DNA of 63,310 nucleotides, counting the filler, from Octopus bimaculoides (taxonomy: Eukaryota), in NCBI RefSeq assembly GCF_001194135.2. It is 6 parts of 6 records of this genome, joined end to end, with 100 filler letters (N's around TTAATTAATTAA, not from the genome) between each part and the next. Parts side by side here need not be neighbours in the genome. Positions count along the whole stretch, not along the records: positions 1 to 20,657 come from NC_068985.1; 5 more parts are not named here. One strand, 5' to 3'. The position numbers and the translations under genes were made by a program. The notes beneath the pieces are model-generated. The model saw nothing but the letters and a program-made list of their open reading frames with translations. It was not told the origin of the DNA and did no database searches. Of the stretch, positions 1-12,850 are shown in pieces. Every line of letters starts with the position of its first letter. The first letter of the stretch is position 1.

Positions 1-309
1 TATATATATATATATATATATATTATTTATATTATTATATGATCGAACGCCACACATGTTTCCAAGCAAGTTTTATCTTAATAATTCTGATGCGCACTCT
101 ACAACTATCTCTATTCTTCCTCTCTTAGTCTTCTTTCTTTTTGTTTTTCTCTCCCACCCTTTCTCCAATTCTTCTCCTCCCCTTCACCGTTCTCTTTTTC
201 TCCCTCTCTCTCTCTCACTCTTCCTCCTTGACTCTCTCGTTGCTCACACGTGACCAGCGGCTATCTTTCTTTCTTCCCCTTGCCTTACAAGAGACAAGAC
301 ACACTTTTG

Positions 310-665
310 CCTGTCTCCTATCAAAGCTCGTTTCTCCAGTGTTCACCACTTCACCTTGTTATGGCTTCACAGCCCTTACTGTTTGTTTTTACTGTTTTGT
401 TTTTACTATCTTGTTTTTGTTACCACTTTAACCCAAATTTTATTTAATTTGCTTTGCGGGAATGACTGTTTTAATGAAGTTTCATCTTGTCCCAACGTCG
501 AAATGCGGGGGTAGATAAAACAAGGGACAACAGATGAAGGGATTGTTATTTATGTTGCCTGTTTCGTTTCTCTATCTGTTTCTTTCGTTGTTCGAAAAAA
601 TATTCGTTTTCCATGTTTTTTTTATGTTCTCGTTTTTCATTTTGTTCACGTTTTTTTTTTACGTC
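310..665 (+). repeat. Dispersed repeat family F, with an inverted-orientation copy at about 40050-40420; unclassified
   Basis: CAAAGCTCGTTTCTCCAG...GTAGATAAAACAAGGGACAAC.GATGAAGGG...TTCGTTGTTCGAAAAAA is shared between the two loci. Confidence 0.75.
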
Positions 666-739
666 CTGTACCCATATATGCATGTATATATACATATATA
701 TGTATATATATATATATATATATTATTATTATTATTATA

Positions 740-785
<46 letters not shown>

Positions 786-786
<1 letters not shown>

Positions 787-1190
787 GGCGCAAGCGAGGT
801 TGTAAACAGTTTCCTTCCCAACCCCATGGTCTCGGATTTAGTCCCACAGGATGGCATCTTGGGCAGGTGTCTTCTATTACAGACTCTAGCTGACCAAAGC
901 TTTGTTGGTGGATTTGATAGGCGGAAAATTAAAGAATCGTGTTGTATACATACATACATACGTGTGTGCGTGTGTTTCTGTTTGTCTCCTACCACTGCTT
1001 GACACCCAACGTCTGTTTGTTTATGTCCCCATAATTTAGCGGTGTGTGGCAAAAGAGACCGTTAGAATAAATACCAGACTCTAATGAAAAATAAATACTG
1101 GGGTTCATTTTTTTCAACTAAAACCCTTCAAAGCGGTGCCCCATCATGGCTCCAGTCCAGCAGCTGAAACAAGTAAAAGTTAAAAGATAG
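786..1190 (+). mobile_element. SINE family A (tRNA-like head, internal microsatellite, AAAG-type tail)
   Basis: Dispersed ~400-bp repeat with at least 8 copies in the window (TAGGCGC...CTTGGGCAAGTGTCTTCTA...GGCAAAAGAGACCG...CTGAAACAAGTAAAAG). Confidence 0.85.
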
Positions 1191-2746
1191 AAGATATATG
1201 TATGTGTATATGTATACACTGTAATGTACGAGTTGTAAAGTATATAAAAATATATTTTACGTAATGCAAACATTATCTGATTTACAGAGCTTTTCGTACC
1301 AAAATCCAATATAAGATTATCTCTCATGGTATCTACCACAGTATAGTTTGTTCTAACAGAACATCCATGTTTAAGTAGGGATAAATATTACCTCTCGGTA
1401 TTAATACTGCCAATGCTACTAATATATGTTTTTTACAGAACTCAATATATTTGCTAAGTGGATACACACACGCGCATGTGACCCTAAGGCTTTATTCTGT
1501 TTTTTGTTTTGTCCTTCGTACGTTCACTAATGGTCTCGTCTCGAGCCCGTCTCGTTCTGTTATGTTTTAGTCCCATTCCCGGCAAGTTTCTTGCCGGTGC
1601 CTCCAGAGGGGAAGCAATATTATCGATAATAGCCGAAATTTCGCTTGACCCTCTGGCTGATAACTGAAGCGGAGTTGGTGACCTTCTGTGTTTTCTGTTC
1701 GTTAGTACATTTAGCATATGTTCGTATGTTTATTTACTACACGTTTTTTAAAATTATATATATATATACAATTAAACCTTGGGAGAGGCATTATGCCGGT
1801 AATACACATACGAAATATATATATATATATATATAAATACAATTAAACCTTGGTAGAGGCATTATGCCGGTAATACACATACGAAGTATATATNNNNNNN
1901 NNNNNNNNNNNNNNNNNNNNNNNNNNNNNNNNNNNNNNNNNNNNNNNNNNNNNNNNNNNNNNNNNNNNNNNNNNNNNNNNNNNNNNNNNNNNNNNNNNNN
2001 NNNNNNNNNNNNNNNNNNNNNNNNNNNNNNNNNNNNNNNNNNNNNNNNNNNNNNNNNNNNNNNNNNNNNNNNNNNNNNNNNNNNNNNNNNNNNNNNNNNN
2101 NNNNNNNNNNNNNNNNNNNNNNNNNNNNNNNNNNNNNNNNNNNNNNNNNNNNNNNNNNNNNNNNNNNNNNNNNNNNNNNNNNNNNNNNNNNNNNNNNNNN
2201 NNNNNNNNNNNNNNNNNNNNNNNNNNNNNNNNNNNNNNNNNNNNNNNNNNNNNNNNNNNNNNNNNNNNNNNNNNNNNNNNNNNNNNNNNNNNNNNNNNNN
2301 NNNNNNNNNNNNNNNNNNNNNNNNNNNNNNNNNNNNNNNNNNNNNNNNNNNNNNNNNNNNNNNNNNNNNNNNNNNNNNNNNNNNNNNNNNNNNNNNNNNN
2401 NNNNNNNNNNNNNNNNNNNNNNNNNNNNNNNNNNNNNNNNNNNNNNNNNNNNNNNNNNNNNNNNNNNNNNNNNNNNNNNNNNNNNNNNNNNNNNNNNNNN
2501 NNNNNNNNNNNNNNNNNNNNNNNNNNNNNNNNNNNNNNNNNNNNNNNNNNNNNNNNNNNNNNNNNNNNNNNNNNNNNNNNNNNNNNNNNNNNNNNNNNNN
2601 NNNNNNNNNNNNNNNNNNNNNNATATATAATAAGGGCAACTACATGGTAGTGTCACATGCTAGAAGAAAATGTCAAATAACTAAAACTTCCTTATTTATC
2701 ACATGCTAGGTACTTGATAAAATCCTATATAGATTTTATCCTTGAT

Positions 2747-2811
<65 letters not shown>

Positions 2812-2939
2812 ACACACACACATATATATATATATATATGATAAGAAAAATACTGATAATATAGCCATGCCTAAATAATCAAGTCGTGATTTTGGGAGGC
2901 GTTGAAAGAGAAGGTAGTTTCTGCCCTTACATACGTAAG

Positions 2940-3416
2940 AGGTCTGAAAATAATGATTTGGTCTGGTATAACTGTGCCATGTCCACAAACATATATAAGA
3001 AATTTATGACAATTTTAGAAAAATAACTTCCCTGCTTCCCATAGATATAACAGAATATGCTTCTGTAAGACAGTTAGAATCTCGTATTCTACCCTCCCCA
3101 ATATGGGTACCATCATAGCCAGGTTAAACAGAAAGAATATAAAATCAGCAAGAGGGGTTAATACTACTAATATTATTGTCAACACTAGTTTAAACCCCTA
3201 CAATGAGAATAATATTAATGGTGATGTAGGAATTAGAAACAACAATACTAACACATCTAATATGTACAATATAGACTATAACTCCGAGTTTTATACTCGC
3301 ACAGGGATTACTGACACAACGCCTGCTGATGCTGAGATGAATTTGAATGATACTACAGTTGAAGGAAGTATAAATAATAACAGAAATAAAAATAACACAC
3401 ACGATAGTAGTAGTAG

Positions 3417-3487
<71 letters not shown>

Positions 3488-3960
3488 GTAGGAATATCAA
3501 TAATATTAATAGTAGTAATGCTCCTGGTTGCAATTGTAGAGTTAAATCCCACTGTCCGTTATTAGGTCGATGTCTAATCCAAAATGTAATTTATAAATGT
3601 ACAATCATAACTGAGGCTGGTAACTCTCTATATATAGTATGTTCGATAAATATGAAAAAATGTATCAATAACCATTTTCCTTCTTTTAGACTCAAGCATA
3701 AAGCCAGTTGTACGTCCTTATCTAGCAAGATTTGGGAACTGAAGTAAAGCGGGGTTGAATTTAGCCTTAAATGGGATATTATACGAAAGCGCCTTATAGA
3801 GATAGTCGATACGGGTGTGAGCTGTGCTCTATGGAAACTTATGAAATTTTAAAGTTTAGGGACAAGAACAACCCGATTAATAATAGTTTAGGCTTAAGGG
3901 TGTCATGCATCCATAGCGTCACCCGAACATTTAAGTATTTTCGAAATTAGCGATTATAGG
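2940..3960 (+). mobile_element. Penelope-like retroelement, 3' part (RT thumb region, Asn-rich linker, GIY-YIG endonuclease), degenerate
   Basis: Translates with stops/frameshifts to LVWYN..STNIYKKFMTILEK/NFPASHRYNRICFCKTVRISYSTLPNMGTIIARLNRK, then CNCRVKSHCPLLGRCLIQNVIYKCTI...TSLSSKIWELK*..FSLKWDII..PY...CELCSME, matching the PLE GIY-YIG domain pattern. Confidence 0.85.
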
Positions 3961-6334
3961 TGCCATACTTGAACTTTGATGGTGGAAATTAATACTCTCT
4001 AGTATTAAATATTAAAAAAATCATGGATATTATGTTATATGGTGAATTAAATTGCATTGCATGTGTTATAAGCTATATGTTATGGTATGTGGTGTGCTAT
4101 ATGTAATTACTATCCCATGATAACTCCTGCCTAGTTAGTCTGACCTCATCATATTTGTGGTGATTAAACTATTTTTTTCCTTTCTATGATGTTCTACCGT
4201 ACTGATCACATTATGTATATTTTGTAATGGCTTTTATGTAAGTAAGTCTCCTAATTATATACACCCTAGAAACTATAAAATCATATATGTAATAGCACCT
4301 GTAACATTACAACTTATAAAATCTCTTCGGTCTGAATACCTCTAACTGCCCTCACTACGCCCATACCTACTACCTCCTCTTTTTTGGTTAACTTTATCTC
4401 TTCCCTACCTAAAATTTTAATACTGTCTCTTTAAATGTAGGTTATATGTATTCCTTATTATTTTCTATAAATTCTTATTTTGTTATCCTTACCTATTAAC
4501 CTCTTATACCTTATAAGTTGTTATTGTTCTTAAATAGAGATTTTTCAGCTACTTAGGTCTATGCGAGATGGTTATACTATATCCATATAAACGTATAAAT
4601 ATTTGTATATGTGTATATATGCATATATGTGCATAACCTATTAACCTTTTATCCCTTATGAATTGTTATTTTACTTGTTCGTAAATAGATACTTTTCAGT
4701 TACTTAAGTCTATGTGAGATGGTTAGATTATATCCATATAAACGTATTTGTGTGTGCGTATGTGTGCATGTGTGCACATATATAAATGTGTGTGTATATC
4801 TGTACACATCTTTAATTTTTTGCTTCTTGGCTCATAATTAATATAAAGATCGCATGTTTCTCTGTCTAGTATTCTATAAGTAAATGCCCTGAGCAGTCTT
4901 TATATAAACCAACTAATAAGTAATTAATTAAGTACATGAATGAATATTAAACTGATTCTATGTAATCTTTCTTTTTAATGTTTATAATTGATATATACAC
5001 ACATTTTACCTATTTTGGTTATGATATCATTTTTGATAATCTTAAATTTTATTTTTATACAAAATAATATTCTTTGTAAACAATCACCCATAGTACCCCA
5101 AAATAAAATTTCCTCTGTATTAACATCCAAGGTTTTATTAGCGTCTTGCCCCATTAACTGGTAATTAACATCATGATTTAAAGTCTTCCCATACCCAGCC
5201 TCCTTTTATAGACAGTTACTCTATATCCAATTGACTACTCCTAATGTCTTCTTCCCTCCCTGAGGAAAAGGGATACATATGACAATATTTATGATCATAT
5301 CTAGCCATGAACTGTCAACTCACTCTTGCCATTCATTCTAAACAGACACAGTCCTCTAGTCTTAGATTTAGTAGTTGATAAGAAGACAAATAAATTAAAC
5401 ATGAACCACAATCCTTTACAAGCTATGACCCCAGTGGGCTTCATGCCATTCTTGAAAGAGTAGTCTATTCTTAGCTACAAAAGCGACAACATGAATTTCT
5501 TCCATCTTCTTGCTTTAAAAGCGACAACATGAATTTCTTCCATCTTCTTGCTTTGTTAAAGTATTTGAGAAAAATAATGTTAATGTGTCCAACTAGTTAA
5601 AATTCTATTTATTTGTGCAGCTATTGATAGCACTGCATTTAAATTGATGTAATGATTGCATTGTTCAATTAAATGGAGCCGCTTGAAACGGCCGTATTCC
5701 ATCACTTCTTGATATTCTGTTGCTTATTTTGATTTTATTCACCTTACTTCGAACCGCGCGGATAATATCGGACAGACTTGATGCTTCAACTTAAGTACCC
5801 AATTTAACTATATATATATATATATATATACAATTGCAGCGTGGAAGGTGTTTATAAGCCATTTAAACAGTTGTTGATGATGGCACCCGTTAATGCTCTC
5901 TTAATTAAAGTGTCTGTTGGATAACACACAAAATCCGTTAGATTCACTTCAACATTTAAATTTAATTTGTCAAAATATTTTCGTCGCTTTGAGACCGCGA
6001 CCTGTTCACTGACAAAATTCTGTGCTGCATGAATTTTGTCAGTGAACAGGTCNNNNNNNNNNNNNNNNNNNNNNNNNNNNNNNNNNNNNNNNNNNNNNNN
6101 NNNNNNNNNNNNNNNNNNNNNNNNNNNNNNNNNNNNNNNNNNNNNNNNNNNNNNNNNNNNNNNNNNNNNNNNNNNNNNNNNNNNNNNNNNNNNNNNNNNN
6201 NNNNNNNNNNNNNNNNNNNNNNNNNNNNNNNNNNNNNNNNNNNNNNNNNNNNNNNNNNNNNNNNNNNNNNNNNNNNNNNNNNNNNNNNNNNNNNNNNNNN
6301 NNNNNNNNNNNNNNNNNNNNNNNNNNNNNNNNNN

Positions 6335-6372
<38 letters not shown>

Positions 6373-6531
6373 TTGGGTGGCTAATTTGCAATTTTACAAC
6401 CTAAAAGTAGAAATACATACGTCACTAAAGGGCACTAATCAACACCCGTATTCCTAGAAATAAGAGTTCAAAACAACTCAGTAGCCACAAAAAGCACAAT
6501 CTTAATAAGCTGAAAGGGAGACAAGCCACTA

Positions 6532-6603
6532 CGGTAGGAGATCACCGATGATTTCGCATTCTGATGCTTAATGCATCTTAATGCTCATCAGTAGCTCTCA
6601 CCG
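6532..6603 (-). ncRNA. Hammerhead ribozyme motif, core intact, core-proximal stem I disrupted
   Basis: CTGATGA (6591-6585), stem II GCATT...AATGC, GAAA (6555-6552), near-palindromic stem III ATCATCGGTGAT, C17. A distal stem I pairing CGGTGAGA/TCCTACCG is possible. Confidence 0.6.
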
Positions 6604-6987
6604 CGCCTAGGGTTAAAGTCATCTCGTCTTGTCAGCTTATAACATCTCCGTTGAAATCATATACGATAGTCTGAGAATTATAAATAATATGGATGGCTAA
6701 TTCGCAATTGATGTATGTATGAATGTATGTATGTATGTATGCATGCATGCATGCATGTATGTATGTATGCATGCTTGTATGTATGTATGTCTGTATGTAT
6801 GTCTAAATTATATGAAAAGTTGACAGCTTACTCTAAGTTTTGCCCTTGGCTTTTCATGACAGCCAAAGGAGAAAACGTCTCTGCGTGTACGCGTGCGTGT
6901 GTGCGTTTATATATATAGTTTTTATATATGTATAAATATATATATATATATATACATATATTATATATACATATATTACATATAATT

Positions 6988-7026
<39 letters not shown>

Positions 7027-7908
7027 CATGTACGTAATTCTCCTCCTCATACATACACACACACACATACGTACACAGATATTATATACAGGGCTACGCA
7101 TTCTCATTAGCTAATTACGTAGTCCCATATTGCTTAGGGTCACAGACATTTTCTCAAGGGTGTGCATACGTATTCGTCTGTTATATCTACGTACATATAC
7201 ACAACAATTTGTACACCTGCAAATTAAACCGGTTAATTATACAGCCTGCCAATTTCAATATGCTAATTAGGAATACCAGTTTCTCAAAATATTCCCCCTT
7301 AACCTTCATTGCATCAGTCAGTCTGTTCCCCACTTCTTAGCTTTGGAACGTCTGACGCTAAACACACACACACACACACATACGCAGGTACCCACATACA
7401 CGCACGCACTCACAAACACGCACGTACACACGTACCCGTGCATACATATACTCACGCACGCACGTACCCACACACATACTCTCTCTTTCTTCTCTCCCAC
7501 ACACACACACACAGGCATGCAGAAGCACACTGACACATAACCACTCGTAAGCACTTGGACCAATGTCTGCATGTATGTATTAATATATATATATATATAT
7601 TTGTACGTGTCTATGGGTGTCTGTTATACATCAAATATATATATATATATAAACACACACATACATGCAATTTTATATACACTTATATAAAAGTACACGC
7701 ATACACATGTCTATGTTTGTATGTGTATATTCGTTTGTCTGAGTGTATGTGTGTGTGTATAAATGAGCATGTGTGTGCATATACAGCCGCACATAGTTAT
7801 GAATTTTTAGTATTTAATGAGATTACACATTCGAGGGAACATTGTATCCTAATCGACATTTTCAGACGTATGTTGATTATAATATAAAGCAGAAAACATA
7901 TGGCAAAT

Positions 7909-9835
7909 AATCCTTTCTACTATAAGCAGAAGGCTTGAAATTTGGGGGAAGGGGATGAGTCGATTACATCGACCCCAGTGCGTAACTGGTACTTAATTTA
8001 TCGACGCCGAAAGGATGAAAAGGCAAAGTCGACTCCGGCGGCATTTGAACTCAGAACGTGAAGATAGACGAAATACTGCTAAGCATTTCGCTTGCGTTGC
8101 TAACAATTCTGCCAGCTCGCCGCCTAAAGATATGGAAAATAATATTGGTTTCAAATTCTGGAACAAGGTCAACAGTTTCTGGGGAGGGGATAAGTTGATT
8201 ACATTGAACTCCAGTAGTCAACTGGTACTTATTTTTATCGACTCCGAAAGGATAAAAGGCAAAGTCGACCTAAGAAGAACTTGAACTCAGAGCGAAATGC
8301 TGCTAAGCGTTTAGCCTGGCGGGTTAACAATTCGGCCAGTTCGCCGTTTTCATATGGCAAATAATATTACAGATGTTTTTGTTTCTTTTTAGATATTAGC
8401 ACAAGGCCACGCATTTCGGTTGGAAGTTGTAAAATCGTTTAAAACGACCCAACTTAACTGCTTCGTATTTTACCGACATTAGCGGGATTTGAACCGAAAG
8501 GTAGTGACATGTAAATATTTCAAAGCCTCTTGTCCAACACTTACAGATTCTGTGATTTTATTGCTCTTCTGAATTATTATTTCATCGGGCGGCGAGCTGG
8601 CAGAATCGTTATCTCCCCGGGCGGTATTACTAGCTATATTTCTTTCAGCTTTACGTTTTGGGTTCGAATTCGGACGAGATCGACTCTGCTTTTCATCCAT
8701 TCGGGGATCATATAATCGATTAGCTCCCTTCCCCTAAAAGTTCAGGTCTTGTTCCTATAGTAAGGATTAATAATGGTTTCAGGTTTTTGCACATGGCCAG
8801 CAGTTTCAGGGAGGGGATAAATCGATTACATCGACTCCAGTGTTCAACGGTACTTAGTTTATCACTCCCGTAAGGATGAAAGGCAAAGTCAACCTCGGCG
8901 GAATTTGAACTGAGAACGTAAAAACGGACAAAATGCCTCTAAGTATTTTGCTCAGCTTGCTAACGAATCTGCTAGCTCGATGCCTTAAATAATAGTTCCA
9001 AGGACGGCAAGCTGGTAGAATCGTTAGCGCGTCAGACAAAATGCTTAGTCGTATTTCTTTCGACTCATTACGCTCTGCGTTCAAATTCAGCCAAAGTCGA
9101 TTTTCCCTTCATCCTTTCGGGGTTTTTTAGAGTTTGTACCAATCAGGTGTTAGAGTCGATGTAATCAAACTCCCCCTCCACTCAAATTAGCTAACCTTAT
9201 GCCAAAAATTAGAAAGAATTAATATATTTATCAAATTTTTGAACAAGGCCAGCAATTTTAGAGGGAGTAATAAGTTGATTACATTGACTCCAGTACTTTA
9301 TCTTATCGACCCCGAAAGGATGAAAGGCAAAATTAAACTCGACAGGATTTGAACCTAGGAAGAAATGTCGCTAACTATTTTATCCGACGCGCTAACAATT
9401 TTGCCAGCACGCTGCCTCCATAATAAATCATTGTAACTTTTGGTCCAAGGCCAGCAATTTTGAGGGGAGGAGCAAGTCAATTACATCAATCTCAGAGCTC
9501 AACTGGTACTTATTTTATCGACCCCGAAAGGATGACAAGCAAAGAAAGTTGATGTCAGCGGTATTTGAACTCAAAACAGAAATAGCTGAAAGAAATGCCG
9601 CTAAGCATTTTATCCGACGCTCTAATGAATCTACTGGCTCGCCGCCTTAATTGCTCTTTCAATTATAGGTATAAGGCCTGATTACATCGACCCGAGCACC
9701 AAACTTTATTTCTTTTATCGGCTCCGAAAGGATGAAATGCAATGTCGACCTCGGCAGATTTCGAACTCAGAACGTAAAGCCTGAAGAAATGCATTAAGCA
9801 TTTTGTTCGGTACTGTAACGATTCTGCCAGTTCCA
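7909..9835. mobile_element. Cluster of about 9 SINE family B copies in mixed orientation
   Basis: Repeated tRNA-like head GGCGGCGAGCTGGCAGAATCGTTAGC...GAGTTCAAATTCC followed by GTCGACTTTGCCTTTCATCCTTTCGGGGTCGATAAATTAAGTACCAG. The core resembles the Deu/Nin-type SINE domain, from recall. Confidence 0.9.
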
Positions 9836-10829
9836 TGCGTTGTTTGTTGTTCTAATATAAAAAGGAATTGTTCTTTTCGAGCTGTGAAAGACCGACTTAG
9901 TGTTCGTAGCTGACGATGCGAAAAAACAGAAATGCATTAGACTGTGGGCATGCTAAAGCACCGTCTTAACTTCTTAACATATTATCCCATATATTTACAC
10001 TTAGAGATGTCTAGTAAATATATATTTGAACGAAATTATACATTCACTGTACTCTGAGGTATCTGTCACTTATTTCTAACCCGAAATACTTCGTTCATGA
10101 TGTTATTCCCGTTTTCTATCAGTAACTATCAGTAACTTCATAATAAAAATCACAACTGATCCAAGATAATTTGTGTACTTATTTTTCCTTATACACTGAT
10201 TCAAAATTGATAATAAAAAATATGATACTTTTTGCATGGAAATTTTTTAAAATGTGTATGTTAAGAGGTTAACAGACTTAGTTGATCAAATCGATCCCAA
10301 TAGTAATTTCTTTTAAAGTCTGAGACTCTCTGTATTGGGAATATTTTGATGAATCTCCTCATTCGAGAACGTAAAGAAACCAGCAAAGGGCTGTCAAGCA
10401 ATGGGGTGGGGTGGGGGAACGACAAACAAATAAATGCACACAGACACACATAAAATGGGCTTCTACTTAGTTGCCACTTATCAAATCCACTTTAAAGACA
10501 TCCGTCGGCCAAAGGCTATAGTAGCAACCAAGTAGAGCGTGTATGCATTTATGTATACATTACAAGCTTCTGAACAGTTCCCTTCCAAATTCCACTTCAG
10601 GTGCTGATCAATACGAGAGTATTGCAGAAATCACTACAAAAAAAAAAAAAAAAATTCTTGCACGGTGGAATCGAACACGTAACCACATGTTTGAAAGGCA
10701 ATCTTCATAACCATGAAACGCTGTAAAAAATCTGAGGTAAGTTTTCCTACAACGAGTCTTTTCGTCGACTATACAGTTCGAGAAACAATTAATGATATTG
10801 ACTGAATGATTTAAATTGCTACATTGACC

Positions 10830-10867
<38 letters not shown>

Positions 10868-11301
10868 TGTGCAATCAGAAAGACATGTGATTTGTGATTC
10901 ATCATGCAACAGGCGGTTGTGTTTGAAATTTCACAAGTACCCAGATCCCTTCAACTTTAAAACAGGACCATCTGTCGCGTGATGAATAGGAATATGTCAG
11001 AGGCCAGGAAACTAATATGAAGATACGGGAACGCAATTGAGACCATTCTGTCATGATTATTTATCTTTTCTCAGTCTGATGATGTGTACAATCGCCAAAG
11101 AGTTCGATTAAACGAAACTTTAGACCAAATTTATAATCTTGTGTATCTCAATTTTGACAAACAGCTATCAAAATTTACACACATTGGTCATAAAATTGTA
11201 TTAAACATCGTTACGTTTTTGTATTACAAGATAAAACAAAACAATATATAGGTACACAAACAGGCATGAATATAAGTATGCATACATACATACGCTACGT
11301 A

Positions 11302-11352
<51 letters not shown>

Positions 11353-11723
11353 CGGCAAAAAAAATGCTACCGTCTAGTATTGTTACTACTTATATCTAGT
11401 TTAAAGATTTTAGAACTAGTTACTTTGCTCGTTACGAGATCAGCGGCTGTCTGTTTATATATTGTGAGGAGGGACAACTGACTGCCATCTAGCGATGCTA
11501 GTGCCGGCAGGTATCCAGTACCGATGACGGGTAAAAATCCAGAAACCATGATCCACTGGTCTTGCCAAGCTGGAGGGGACTGATTCGCTCCCTTACTCAC
11601 AATATATCGGACAGAGGTTGGGTGTCGTTAACTAGATGGAAAAGACGTTTTTCTGGGATTAAAATGTAGTAACATAGTTCTTTATGGAACAGCCATGTTA
11701 TAGTGACAAAAAAATGTTACCTA

Positions 11724-11756
<33 letters not shown>

Positions 11757-12264
11757 TCACACACGTATATATGTGTGTATATATATATATGTGCATATAT
11801 ATATAGTGTGTGTGTGTGTGTGTATACACATACACACACACACGCGCACACATGTAATCAGTATTTGTTCAGTGTACAGCGAGGTCTGAGACGATGATTT
11901 GTATACTTATTCTTAACGTGTTCCGGCAGATTCGAACGCAAAATATGCTAATCGCTGTTGTGCACGTCTTACGAGGATAACATCACCCTTTTACGATTAC
12001 CATGTGCTCTTAACACATTCGGCTCATTGGCACAAGAGATGTGGTGTAACCAGTTTGCTTACTTTTTACAGTAAGGCTAAAGTCGCACGTTTATGAAAAA
12101 AAAAAAGTAAGCATACTGTACATTACATTTCAAATAACCAAAAAAAAAAAGCGTTAGTGGAAGACGAAAATAGGCTTCCGTGCAGGAATGACGTTATAAA
12201 TCACTTGATGAAAATAGAAACATTGTTACACGCACCCTATCCACATAGATACATATATTACATT

Positions 12265-12640
12265 GGTTTCAAATTTTGGGTCAAATCCAGCAATTTCGGG
12301 AGAGGTGTTAAGTTGATTACATCGACCCCAGTGCACAACTGGTTACTTTATCGACCCTAAAAGGATGAAATGCGAAGACGACCTTGGCAGAATTTGAACT
12401 CAGAACGTACAGACAGAAGAAGTGCTTCTAAGCATTTTGCCCGTTGTGCTAACGATTCTTTTCTACTCTAGGCACAAGGCCCGACATTTTTGGGGAGGGG
12501 GCCCGTCGATTAGATCGACTCCGAAAGGACGAAAGGCAAAGTCGACCTCGGTGGAATTTGAACTCAGAACGTAAAGACAGACGAAATACCGCTAAGCATT
12601 TTGCCTGGTGCGCTAACGTTTCTGCCAGCTCGCCGCCTTA
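12265..12640 (-). mobile_element. Two tandem SINE family B copies; others at 14400-14586, 33230-33349, 44780-44895, 57116-57281 and 58665-58833
   Basis: Same head and core motifs. Confidence 0.85.
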
Positions 12641-12656
12641 GATACATGTATTATAA

Positions 12657-12850
12657 CAGGGTTGGCCAAAAGTCACCCGATAGTAAATCAAAATTCCATA
12701 AATACTTAATATTCAATTTTATTTATTCATTTGGAAAAATGGTGTCGCTCAAGAAGGACTTCATATTAAATTCATTCAGTTGTTAAGCATAAATAAATCT
12801 TGGAATTAAATGGTTTTGATTTACTGTCAGGTGACTTTTGGCCAACCCTG
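12657..12850. mobile_element. Tc1/mariner-type MITE (194 bp)
   Basis: 37-bp TIRs CAGGGTTGGCCAAAAGTCACCCGATAGTAAATCAAAA / TTTTGATTTACTGTCAGGTGACTTTTGGCCAACCCTG with 2 mismatches. Confidence 0.85.

Noticed and set aside
1600-1660. Hairpin CCAGAGGG..AAGC...GCTT..CCCTCTGG with GAAATTTC
   Set aside because: Lacks the CTGANGA core; only a generic stem-loop within an unclassified repeat.
1766-1893. ~55-70 bp duplication immediately before a gap
   Set aside because: Likely a contig-end overlap or collapsed repeat; cannot be distinguished from an artefact.
7909-9835. CRISPR-like regular repeats
   Set aside because: The repeats are ~200-bp SINE copies in a eukaryotic context, with no repeat-spacer periodicity and no cas genes.
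11480-11497. CTCF-like motif CGCTAGATGGCAG
   Set aside because: A single short motif match without supporting context.
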